The notes below the pieces were generated by a model. The model made no database searches, was not told the DNA's origin, and saw only the letters and a program-made list of their open reading frames with translations. 64,000 nucleotides of DNA from Utricularia gibba (taxonomy: Eukaryota > Plantae > Magnoliophyta), in contig NEEC01000014.1 of NCBI GenBank assembly GCA_002189035.1, forward strand, positions 1,550,001-1,614,000, written 5' to 3'. Position numbers and translations under genes: made by a program. Below are positions 11,554 through 23,019 of the stretch, piece by piece. Every line of letters begins with the position of its first letter. Positions within the stretch are counted from its first letter, which is position 1.

Positions 11554-13167
11554 ATGGCTCTTCCTGCTCCTCAACATGTCATGGGAAATCTTCAACCTAG
11601 AATATGCTTTGGTAATTCTTCCCATGATACGGCCAGTGGAGTTGCCCTGTGTAGATTGAATTCGAAGGGTGTCAGTCTTTCTGTCTCTCCAATTAGAACA
11701 GAGAATTGCGGCTACCAAAGTAGAAGATTCAGTACAATCAAGGTCTCATCTTCATCGAGCACAGTCTCTGACCCGGTTGCATCTTCACCAAACAGTCCAG
11801 ATGGTGTATCCAAGAAGAAAAGTAATCCTGCTGGAGTTGTAGGAAATTTAAGCTTTTTACCAATAGAATTATAAATATCCCTGTTGACTCATATTTGAAA
11901 TGATACTGAAACACTTGCAGATGAAGCTGCTTTGATTCTTATTCGGCATGGGGAATCCATGTGGAATGAGAAAAACCTGTTCACAGGATGTGTTGATGTG
12001 CCACTGACCAGGAAGGGAGTCGATGAGGCTGTTGAAGCTGGTAGAAGAATCAGAAACATACCTGTTGACATGATCTATACTTCTTCCTTAATTCGTGCTC
12101 AGATGACAGCAATGCTTGCCATGACTGAACATCGTCGCAAGAAGGTGAAAATTTATACAAATTTTACTCTTATTCAGGTGGTATTACAGAATACTTGTGA
12201 ATCTGTAAACGAGTTGTTTTTATCCCACATGTTCATCTGGATGGTAACAGAGATATATGAATTTGATATGAATCAGTGGGTAATGCATGCCTAAACTACC
12301 GTACAGATCCCAATTATTGTGCATAACGAGACAGAGCAAGCAAGGGAATGGAGCGAAATCTTCAGTGAAGATACTAAAAAGCAGTGCGTTCCAGTTATCA
12401 CAGCTTGGCAACTAAACGAGAGAATGTGAGTTCTTGGCTTGCACTGTTTAAATACTGGTTATGCTGCAGAACTTGAAACCAGGTGTCTCCCTTTGTCATG
12501 TAGGTATGGAGAGCTACAAGGGCTTAATAAGCAAGAAACTGCTGATAGGTATGGAAAAGAGCAAGTTCATGAATGGAGACGCAGCTATGACGTGCCTCCA
12601 CCAAATGGTGAGAGCTTGGAGATGTGTGCAGAGCGTGCTGTTGCATACTTCAAAGAAAAGGTATGGTGGATCCAATCACTCATTTCTACAACTGTTTTAC
12701 GTAACATCACCACTTGTGGCAAAACAGATCGAGCCAAAGCTTCTGTCCGGAAAAAACGTGATGATAGCAGCACATGGGAACTCACTGAGGTCCATCATAA
12801 TGTATCTTGACAAGCTGACTTCCCAAGAGGTGAAACCTGCGAAAGTGCAGCTCATCATCTGTCACCTTTTCACCTTCCAATGGCTGTTAGCTATATAAAC
12901 GTTTTTCAGGTTATAAACTTGGAGCTGTCAACTGGGATACCGATGCTTTACATTTCCAAAGAAGGAAAATTCATTCGCCGAGGCAGCCCTGTGGCACCAA
13001 CTGAAGCTGGGGTTTATGCATATACCATGGTAACCTCCAGAGCCATCATAGTGTTACATGTCCCTCCCTTCCCCCTTTCTTTTTCTAACAATCAGTTACT
13101 TGTTTGTCTATGGATGCAGCCTTTGGCCCAATACAGAGAGATGCTAGATGATATGTTTCAGTCCTGA
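11554..13167 (+). CDS. 2,3-bisphosphoglycerate-dependent phosphoglycerate mutase (histidine phosphatase family), likely plastid-targeted
   Basis: [25 protein letters not shown] (RHG motif), [65 protein letters not shown]. Seven GT-AG-joined coding exons. Ser-rich N-terminal transit-like peptide. A probable 5'UTR intron runs 10842-11552. Confidence 0.92.
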
Positions 13168-14362
13168 GCTGAGATTTTGAGTATACATATGAAGTGAAAA
13201 CAAGCTGTTGAAGCGATTACTTGCTATTCTACTGTACTACTACCCTTGCATTGCATCTGTGCCCCATTTCACTTGCTTTGCTGTGCGAGGATGGTGTTTC
13301 TTTGTGTTTTCAGCCCATGGAGTTTTTTTTCGTATCCCGTGTCTGGGCTTCTAATGGACCGAAAAGTATCCCCAATTTGCTGCACAATTTTATCAACCGA
13401 ATTTTGACACTTTACCTTTTGTAAACGTATATTGAATACATGAAAAAATGACACTACTTTGTCAAGAAAACTTGCATGTGAAAAGAATTTGGATATTAAT
13501 GATTCATAACTTCCAGCTGTAAATAGATGACGATATTACAGCAAGGTCCTATTCGCTGCAGTGGGGAAGAAACATAGGGACCATGCGAATCCACGTACGT
13601 GCAAAGAAGTCGGCGGCGAGCCTTCAAGGAGGAGGAAAAAAAAGTCAACCAGTCACGTGTTAATAAAGACAGCAAAGCAAGGCGCCATTTGACCAGGTGT
13701 GGAGTTAGGCTCTTGATGAATCAGTCCTCCAAACGGAAACACATTCCCTTTTCATGGCCTTTTCTGAGACCAAAACGACAAGGAAACCCTCAGCATCTTC
13801 GCCTACCGCAGGCTCATTCAGTCAGTTACTTGTTGTGGGTACAAAACTGTGACCAGGAGGAAAGAAGGTCAATCAATGGATTCTGTAATGAACCGCAAGC
13901 TTTTGGGAGAAATGCTTGCTGCTGAGCTCGTCCTCGTCGTCATCATCACATCACGTACATGTCGGTGCACGTAATCCCAGTTGACTTTGCTGTGTTGCTG
14001 CTGCCTACCCTCAGGCTTCTTCATCCTTACTCACCAACGTAGCACCTACCTTCCCAAGTCGCGGGCTACGGCGATCTCCCATCCATTAAGCAAATGATAA
14101 CACACTGCCTGCCCCATCTGGTTTACCAGCACAGCAAATGACAACTGTAAGCAAGAAAAGGCAGCATGGGGAGTTGCAGGCAGTCCATCGTGCGGGTGGG
14201 TGTCCTCTGATTTCCCGATGGAATGAGATCCACGTAGCCAAATGTGAACAGCGAGACCACCCTACCGTACTCTAACCCTGTAGCCCACCTCCTCACGCTA
14301 CCAGGAGGATCTGCTGCTAGTTCCATGTAGTGATATCGTGTGATGTGAGGTGACCATAGGAA

Positions 14363-14379
14363 TTTAGGGTTTAGGGTTT
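14363..14379 (-). promoter_or_regulatory. Tandem telo-box (AAACCCTAAACCCTAAA)
   Basis: The + strand reads TTTAGGGTTTAGGGTTT. A TGACGTG motif (- strand) and a TATAAAT (+ strand) lie within about 60 nt. No downstream gene was identified. Confidence 0.5.
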
Positions 14380-15725
14380 TATTAGAAGCAGCGTACGGCT
14401 CACGTCAATTCAACAAAAGTCTTGTTGCTATAAATTTAGTCTGGCCGCAGAAGCAACGCTTTGAAAAATCGAAGTCCCCGATGAGGCAAAGCAACCCACC
14501 CCTGAAAGTCAAATAGTTGGGGCTCCATTGTTTGGCGTGTGAAGAAGATGCTGAGGAGGAAGGAGGAGACTTCCCCTTCCCTCCAAAGCAGTCCAGGAAT
14601 CTGCTGAATGTAAAACGCCATTCACCAATGGGAGAGAATCCAACGCTTTTGCTTTCGCAAAGTCCACAGCTTGCGCACATTATATTCCCCTGTCACCCCA
14701 CCAACCCTTTTCAAATGCGGTGCCTAACTCGGTTTCCCTGACACGAATCATGCATGCTGTCATGTATCTCAAGTAACCCACATTCATTCCCATTATACAA
14801 CACATTTGCAATACATCAAGTTACTGAAATTAAGGATATTATAAATTGTACTAGTACATATGAATTTTAAGTAAACAAGAAATATAGATCAAATTAAAAA
14901 AAATATATTTTATCAATTATTAATGATTTTTAATTTATTATATACTTTACTATTTTAATTTTAATTATCGATATGATATTATTTGTTTTAATAGAAACCA
15001 ATGATTGGAGAATTCAGAACCACCATCGAAACCCATCACCCATCGTTAGAACTCATGGGACCATCAATGAAATCTACCATGCTACTGGATTGCCATCAGG
15101 GTGTGATGAGATAAGGCGTTTCTGATGAAGTTTAGTTCTAAATTTCTCTAAAAACACTGGGTTTGAGCGATTAGATGTGATTATCAAAAGGGAAAAGAAG
15201 AATGTGTTGTCGCAGTCAAAGGTTTTTTGGGGTTAGATTCGAGAAATCTCCACAAGGTGTTTTGATTCCAATTCTATGCCACGACTAACTCGTGCTCTCA
15301 ATTCAAAAGTGTGCGCCGCCAATGCCCTCCTTGGCTCTTTATACCAAGACTGGACCAGTAGCGCAGCATCTGCTTTTCATGCATCGCCAAGAACTCCCCC
15401 GACGTGCCCACTTCCAGGAAAACCCTTCCCCAAGAAACAAGAAAAAAAAGGGCACCCATTTTCTGTATTACCCCTCTGTTGTTTAATGTTCGAACAGTTT
15501 ATAACTAGAGTTCAGAACTAGAAATCAGTTCTCCATTTCCATGATACCCCCTTTTCGCTCATTGTATCTAAATTTTGATATAATTTTTACTTTTTTTTTG
15601 CGTTATACGCTATGCACTAAAAGCGTTCAAAAAATGTAAAAATTTTGGAATGTTCTAATTTTCTTTTGAATTACTCTTCTACTTGTTCCAAAATTTTTGA
15701 CCTTTTGTGATTGATGTAATACTAA

Positions 15726-15975
15726 GGGCTTGTTTGGTTGATGTGTTTTAAGTATTAGTAGGTTTAAATTATTTGGGTTTAGTTAAATCCAAATATGTGG
15801 GTATAAAAATATCCATACCCCCCTTGGGTATACATATACCCATATATGAGGGTATTATATGAGCATAATGATTATTATACCCATATATAAAGTATAATTA
15901 TACCCACATACCAAACAATACAAATTTATTAAACCTATCATAAACCAATTTTATACCCTTGTATCAAACAAGCCC
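15726..15975. mobile_element. PIF/Harbinger (Tourist-like) MITE, 250 bp
   Basis: TIRs GGGCTTGTTTGGT and ATCAAACAAGCCC (12/13 match). TAA target-site duplication at 15723-15725 and 15976-15978. AT-rich interior with inverted GGGTAT/ATACCC motifs. Confidence 0.88.
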
Positions 15976-16685
15976 TAAAGGTTTAGTACCAATATCTCAT
16001 ATTAGTTACAGACGGGCAGCAATAGATGTGTGGTTAAAATTTTGATGTAAAAACAAGTTTTGATTCGATATTTTAATTTTGTGATCATACAATTCGGGTC
16101 ATTTACAAAAGTAGTCACTCATATCTTGTATCTCACATACTAAATTAAAAAAATTACACTATGAATGATCAATTTTCATACACTTTTTGACACATGGCCA
16201 TATTTTTAATTCATCCATACAATCCAAAGTTTTAGATTTAGTCATTTTCTTGATTTTCAGATCCATTCCCAACTCCAAATTTTTCCAAATTTCAAACATT
16301 GATCCCAAAGTACCAATTTTGGCTCCAGCATATGAGGAAAAAAAAATCAATTAAAGGGGGATCCAAGAAAAGAAATGGGAGGACTTGGCGTGACACGAGC
16401 ATTAGACTAAGCATGGATTGAGTGTCCATTTGGGCCGAACGCTTCCAATCATTGTGATTAGTTTTTGTGAGCGAAGACGAAGACTGTCAGAATAGTAACT
16501 GTGTTAAGTACCTGCTAATATTCCTACTATTTGGTCCTCACTGACTCCCACCTTTTTCTCTTATTCTAAATATTATTAAATAATATATCCCATATTTTAA
16601 TTTAACTGTCGTCAGTAGTACTTTACCCAATCTGTACACTTCTGTTCGCTTTAAGGTGAAAACCCGCTTATTCTGACCATTCTTC

Positions 16686-16695
16686 GCCACGTGTC
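16686..16695 (+). promoter_or_regulatory. G-box/ABRE-type element GCCACGTGTC upstream of the TPP gene
   Basis: Exact motif about 430 nt upstream of the TPP ATG; function is inferred only. Confidence 0.4.
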
Positions 16696-17126
16696 GCCAC
16701 CGCCCTTTGACAGCGAAGTTAAAAAATGTGTTTTTTTTGTAAAGAAGAGTTGGAACGGTCCACGAAATGGCGTTGACCGTAGGTTTAAGTTTCGGTAAAT
16801 TAGGGATTATATTATTTATTGTATTCTCACTTGAAAGTGTAAAATCTTTTTTAATGATGAAGAGGTGTGTGTTTTTGTGTTAATTGTTCGCTGGGGTGGG
16901 CTTATAAATTGGGGATTGAAGGCTGGGTTTTTGAGTGTGTCATTTCTAAGCTGTCACTTCTTCTCTTTTCCTGATTCCCTGATACCCTGCAGTCAGGACA
17001 CACGGATTTCTCCCGTCCATTCGTCCCGTCTCTTGATCTGCTTCTGCTTCTGCTCCTGCTCGTGCTCCTGCTCCTGCTGCTGTGTGTTTTGTTTTCTTGG
17101 TGTTTTTCTCTTCGAGTTTCTGAAGG

Positions 17127-18801
17127 ATGGTGGCATCGGATGCGAAATCACAGCAGGGCGAGGAGGTCTACATGTTGGTGACGAAGAACAAGCTTCTTCT
17201 GACCAACACCAGCAGCCACAAGACGAAGAAGAAGAAGAAGAACTTGGAGGAGGAGGACAATACTGGGAAGGGTGCTGCTGCGGTGATCACCACCATGCTC
17301 GACTCAATGCGTGCTTCCTCCCCCACGCGCCGCGCCGCCGCCGGAGAAGATGTCTGCAGCATCCCGTGGAGCGTGAGTGCATCGTGTTTCAGTAATCTCG
17401 ACTTCAAACATCACCGATGATGAGTTTGGTTACTGGTTTTGTCACACAGCTTCTTCACCCCTCGGCTCTGAGCAACTTTGAGAAGATAATGGCGGCTTCT
17501 GAAGGGAAGCAGATTGTCGTCTTTTTAGACTACGATGGCACTTTGTCGCCCATCGTCGCTGATCCCGATCGCGCTCTCATCACTCCGCAGATGAGGGATG
17601 TCGTCAAGAACGTCGCCAAGCTTTTCCCCACGGCCATCGTTTCCGGCAGGTCCCGTTCAAAGGTAAACACTTGACATACTTGGAATCAAAACGATGCCCC
17701 TGAGGAAGTTAAGTATACAGAGTTCCTTTGCAATTTCGGCGTGTCCAGGTTTACGACTTTGTTGGATTGCCGGAGCTGTACTACGCCGGTAGTCATGGAA
17801 TGGACATCAAGGGGCCATCTGTTGGATCCAAACGAGTAAGCAGCTCGCCCACTTTTCCGGTGACCATTTTCGTCACAGTAACAACTTTCTCTTTTGCCTA
17901 CCAGGGAAACGAAATCCTCTGCCAGCCGGCGAAAGAATTCCAACCGTTGATCGATCAGGTCCAATTGCAACACCCAAGTTCTCTCTTTGTAAACTGTCGT
18001 TCCATGCAAACCTCTCACCCCTCTGCTTCCTTCAGCTCTGCAAAGTTCTGACGGAGAAAATGAAACGCATCCCCGGCTGTAAAGTCGAGAACAACAAGTT
18101 CTGCCTCTCGGTGCACTTCCGCTGCGTCGACGAACAGGTGAAAAGTTGAAAAATTCCTGCCATTATGAAACAAGCGACACAGAATCTAACACAAACATCT
18201 GAATGCAGCGGTGGGGTGAGGTCGCCGGAGAAGTTAAGTCAGTGATCAAAGAGTATCATCAGCTCCGCCTCTGCCACGGCAGAAACGTTCTTGAGATACG
18301 CCCTGCAATCAAATGGGACAAAGGCAACGCCGTTAAGTTCCTGCTAGACTCAATAGGTAAAAAATTCATTCTTGTGATTCCCATGTTAGGAAGACTTATC
18401 CTCGATTGTTACAGGGTACGGAATGTCAAACCGCGTTTCACCAATCTACATCGGAGATGATCGGACGGATGAAGATGCTTTCAGAGTAATCAATCTCATC
18501 TCCTACGTAGCAGAAGTCAAATGAAGCACATACCTTTCCTCTGATGTGATCCATGTGTGTTGTATACCAGGTGCTGCGAAACATGGGCCGGGGTGTTGGC
18601 ATCCTAGTCTCCAAAACTCCTAAAGAAACCATGTCTTCTTACACTCTAGAAGAGCCACCAGAGGCAAGTGAATTTTCATGGAAAATGTATGCGAATTTCG
18701 ACCAAAAGGGTATCAAAGGATTCCTTCTTCATTTTGGCCCACAGGTTATGCGATTTCTACAGCTTCTAGTGGATTACAGGAAGAAGGCCACTCCGCATTA
18801 A
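17127..18801 (+). CDS. TPP: Trehalose-6-phosphate phosphatase (HAD family, plant TPP)
   Basis: [26 protein letters not shown] (DxDGT motif), [57 protein letters not shown]. Nine exons; the last intron is GC-AG (18664-18744). Stop TAA 18799-18801. Confidence 0.93.
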
Positions 18802-19686
18802 CTATTTATTCTGTAAGCTCACTTTCTAGAGTCTCCCATCGCAGTTCCATTTAAATCCATGTTTTTTCAGCTTCGGAAACAGTTTGAAACACCCTGTATG
18901 AAACGTGTTAGATCAAACATGATGAAGTTCATCACAGAACCGAACTGAGAAACAAAGTATATATAAACGACTCTAAAAGGTGATCTGAATGAAGGGAATG
19001 ACGATAATGGACATGGCTATTATGTTTGCAGGGGACAACGAAGAATAACACATGAAGTCATTCACTGAAGTATCTATATCAGGATCCTGGTAACGGAGAT
19101 TCAATTTCAAGGCAGAAGTAGGAAACAAGTACTGGTTCAAGAAGGAAGCTCTTTGCAAATTGGAAAAAGCAGGAGTATTTCATGTCAATAACATGTTTAG
19201 GCAATATATATATCAGCAGTTGTAACCATTTTAAATGCACAGGAAAAACAGAAATTTGAGACTTGCCTGGGTCCCTATGTAGCTTCAGGTCGTCAACAGC
19301 ATACTTTTAACATGCATGATGGATTGTTATGGCACAGATGTTTGTTCTTTTCCAACATTTGAGGGTTTTTGCGAAAGCAAACAATGCAGGATTTCAACAT
19401 TGCACAATTACATCTGACATGAAATTTGCATAAGGAAGAGTACAACAGCACTTGTTCCCAGAAAAAAAAAACTAGAATCAAAAATTGATGAAACTTCATC
19501 TGTCAAATACAAAAATGAACCAACAGCCACAATAGCACACGAATGCGGTGAAGGCCCACATATCCAAGAGTGATAAGACTAATATATCATGAAGGTTGCA
19601 TATGTAAATTTAACGGCCAAAACAATGATCTCATGTTCTGTAGGCACATCGAAAGGGCTCCTTTCTTTTGCACCGCAAGTAGAAAT

Positions 19687-20745
19687 CTATGCAGCATACA
19701 AATGGCCGACTTCTACCAGATTAGAGGCAACAAATTGGTCATGGAATTTCTTATCAGTATATGCAGAGATAGCTCGAAGTTTAGGCCATTGCTTGATCAA
19801 TTTCCTCTTCTCCAAAATCTCCAACACTTGCAGCCGTGGCTTAATCCGTTTCTCCACGCTGCAGCAAAGTGACATTGGGGTCATCTTGATGCATGACAAC
19901 GTGTATCTATTGGTAGCAAGTATAGCTTTTGTTATTCTCATCATCTTCTCAGGCGAAATAGTGAACACTCTGGGTGCTTTCTTGAATATGTTCAATGCTT
20001 CAGTTTCTGAGAACCCCAAATCTATAAATGTCTGGAGCTTACGCTTCCAAACTTCGTCGCTCAAAGAACCAGAAGCCAAAAGACAGTATATAAACATTTT
20101 CGAGCTTGAATCAATTCCCAATGCTTCCATTTTTTCTACATGTCTTATAAGAACCTCATGCTTGAAGAACAATACTGTTGGAGAAAAACTCAAAAGACGA
20201 ACGATGCCCTCCATAGACTGGCCACGGCTTTTGAGGAATTCGATATTTGGTAGCAGGATCTTATTCAAATCCGTTGTCAAGAACCAGCCTGTCTTCTTCA
20301 AAACCCTGAAAATTGCGGCATGGGAACCCAACAACTCCTGTAAGGTGCGTAAGGAAGGAATGACTCTGCTTCTGGTGCTAGAGCACAAAATGGTGGGTTC
20401 TTTGGTGATAATCTCCGCAGTTTCAAACTTGGAAAATCCAAAATCCTGGAATATCTTGAGCTTCGGCGTTAAAGTTTTTTCCAGATCCGCCGACATCAAT
20501 TGATGTCTACTTTTTAGCACTCTCTCCATCTGCTTCTCGGAAAAACCCTGGTTCTTTAAGAACAACTCAATCGGCTCGTTCACTGCCTTTTCTGTTTTGC
20601 AATCCGATGGGGCTGCGACAGGCTTACGAGAGGTAGAAAAGAAACACACCGGAGTAAACAACGAAACATGCGATTCACGGAGTAGAGAAGAATACTCGGA
20701 TAACAAATATGCCACTCTCTTTCGCAGTTGCGATGAAATCATCAT
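19687..20745 (-). CDS. Mitochondrial transcription termination factor (mTERF) family protein, intronless, about 352 aa
   Basis: Transit-peptide-like N-terminus (MMISSQLRKRVAYLL...FFSTS). mTERF-type repeats: LEKTLTPKLKIFQDFGFS, LLPNIEFLKSRG, WKRKLQTFIDLGFSETE, SVEKRIKPRLQVLEIL. First ATG at 20745; the track ORF starts earlier at a non-ATG codon. Confidence 0.88.
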   Translation of the reverse strand: MMISSQLRKRVAYLLSEYSSLLRESHVSLFTPVCFFSTSRKPVAAPSDCKTEKAVNEPIELFLKNQGFSEKQMERVLKSRHQLMSADLEKTLTPKLKIFQDFGFSKFETAEIITKEPTILCSSTRSRVIPSLRTLQELLGSHAAIFRVLKKTGWFLTTDLNKILLPNIEFLKSRGQSMEGIVRLLSFSPTVLFFKHEVLIRHVEKMEALGIDSSSKMFIYCLLASGSLSDEVWKRKLQTFIDLGFSETEALNIFKKAPRVFTISPEKMMRITKAILATNRYTLSCIKMTPMSLCCSVEKRIKPRLQVLEILEKRKLIKQWPKLRAISAYTDKKFHDQFVASNLVEVGHLYAA

Positions 20746-22450
20746 GGAGAGAAAATATTTTCCCTCAGAATTTCTACGATTCACTACTTACAGATTCAAC
20801 ATGCCCAAACGAACTGCCACCAGCATCAATCCCCTTCTGATTCTAGGGTTTTTTCCCCCTTTGTTTCTGGGGAGGAAAATCTGCATCCGGACTCAGTTCA
20901 AATGCACCAATGTATGGGGCTGGAAGATCAGTGGATGGACTGGAAAATAGCCGGGTTAATCGGGTACGGGTTTGGGCTTGGGTTTTTTAATTAATGGATC
21001 ATAATTAACTATTTAAAAGACGCTAAAAAAACCAAAAAAATCAATAATCTAATTGATTAAGGTATATTATTGTCTTAAGATTGGTTCTAGTTCTGGAAAT
21101 TCAGAATTATGATTTTTTTTATTTTATTAAAAATATTTCTTAATGAACATAATCAAATATACTTTTGGGAAGTTAAGTAGTATAATGTTTATTATTTTAA
21201 TAAACATGCATCATACTATTAAAGTATACTGTTTGTGTAATAGATATATGTATTAAAATAGATTGTTAACAAAATTCATTTAGAAGATGAGTTTTTATAA
21301 ATCTTATTATATTTATAAAAAAGTATTTTTAATAAGTTTTAAACCTTCCGTTTCCATTTCCATTTGGACCTTTTGCCGTAGTGATCCATTTATTCATACC
21401 CTGCAAATGTGAGTTATTCAAATTAAGTATTCGATAGCTTAAACAGATATACGTAAAGTGTAAAGTATAAATACATAAAAAAAACGTAAACCACATTAAA
21501 AAAGATTAAATTCAATTGTTTATTAATATTTTAAATTTTTTAAAATATTTGATTATTTCACTTTTTAAATATCAATGTAATTAAAATGCTAACACCAGAT
21601 GGACAATTGCATGTACTCTAAGTTTGGAAATCGATCTTTTGATTTCAAACTTTTTTTGACGAAAAACCTAACCCGTTTCATCCGAGTTGGTCTTCTCTGT
21701 CTGTTTCGGGACGAGTGGCGAGGGGTTTAGACAGACCTCGTAGCAGACAAAGAAGGCTCGTGAGTGAGTGGGTTCGTTAGGTGAAAAAGAGAAGGGGGGG
21801 GGGGGATCTGGCGTGCGATGAATGAGAGCACCGCCGGCGCCACACCCGAATTATTATGCAAAGGGAGGGAGACAGCCCAACTGGCCAGCCAGAAGGAAGG
21901 GCGGCACCAAAAAGTTAGATGAAGGGGATCTCCATCATCGAACACCCCTCGTGATCACCACATGTCTTGCTTCATGTATTTCTACCTATGAACCAAACGG
22001 AAAGCTTCCGATCGGATCCACGCGCGATGCCTAATAGGTAGAGAAGAGGCACCCGGCCTCCAGTTCTGTTTTGTTGAATCTACGTGAATTTATGTACCCT
22101 GTTGCATTGAGTTCAAAAAAGAGAGCCGTCCACAAACTTTGAGCAAATTGCACGTTTCCAATTATTCAGGGGAGATCAGATGGGCAATATACTGGATGTG
22201 GGGATGGGAAGGAAGGATTTGCCGGCCCTCCTTCCCCGGCGGCGCAGGGACCAGTTCCGGGGGGCAACACAGGCTTGGGGTGATTGGATGGATGGCTGGT
22301 CCTTTACCTTCCCTGGCGTTTGCTGTGTGACGTCCCCCTTTGATGGTGGCCTTGTCTATATTGGAGTATCATTGGTATGTTGTGGACACATGATATTGTG
22401 ACACCAGATACTCACTAGTTTTGTCACTTTACAGTATATTGTACATTTCA

Positions 22451-22520
22451 ATCCTTCAATTCTTACGGTTTTACATTCTTTGTTTATCCTTCAATTCTCA
22501 CGGTTTTACATTCTTCGTTT
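22451..22520 (+). repeat. Two-copy 35-bp tandem duplication
   Basis: ATCCTTCAATTCTTACGGTTTTACATTCTTTGTTT is followed by ATCCTTCAATTCTCACGGTTTTACATTCTTCGTTT (2 substitutions). Confidence 0.85.
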
Positions 22521-23019
22521 ATGCAAAACTATGAATGATATATCCCTCTAAACACGTTCACTCGCCATCGGTGACCAATGGGATGACTGTAACCGTGACA
22601 ATACCTGACCTTACACCTTCAAACAGTACAACTGCATTATTGCATCTTTTAGCAGTTTAATGATGACTGCTTCATTCATACAAATCTCACTGCATCTGTT
22701 GTAAGACGATAGAATGCCAGTGTCTGCTTATGGTTGTAGCCCTTCGGGGTTAAGACTGGGATCATGCAGTGATAAAATTTAGTAATAAATTTATGTGGGA
22801 TGTGTCGAACCAGTGTAATAATTGGCCTTTCGAGGAGCATTGCTGTGGGGAGGAGAAAGGAGTGTGATAGAGAGAGAGAAGTAATGGAGTTTAGCCCTTG
22901 GAAAAGGAGCTTTATTGCATGCCTTCCTCAAAGAAGAAGTCTGTTGCAGGGAATCCTGGAAAGGATTTAATGCCCTTTGTGCGGTGACAGACAAGTTGTG
23001 GAATATTTTCGGTGGTACC

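Noticed and set aside
14153-14188. MDCLQLPMLPFL resembling the HSFA pre-DBD segment (MECLQ...PPFL)
   Set aside because: None of the following DNA-binding-domain sequence (KTFDLVDD, FVVW, NFSSFVRQLNTY) is found in any frame.
22660-22730. Perfect box C (ATGATGA) in intergenic DNA
   Set aside because: No matching CTGA box D or rRNA-complementary guide downstream.
22915-23019. Longer ORF start for the At1g78110-like gene
   Set aside because: Non-ATG start and no family-like sequence before MKGRDQG.
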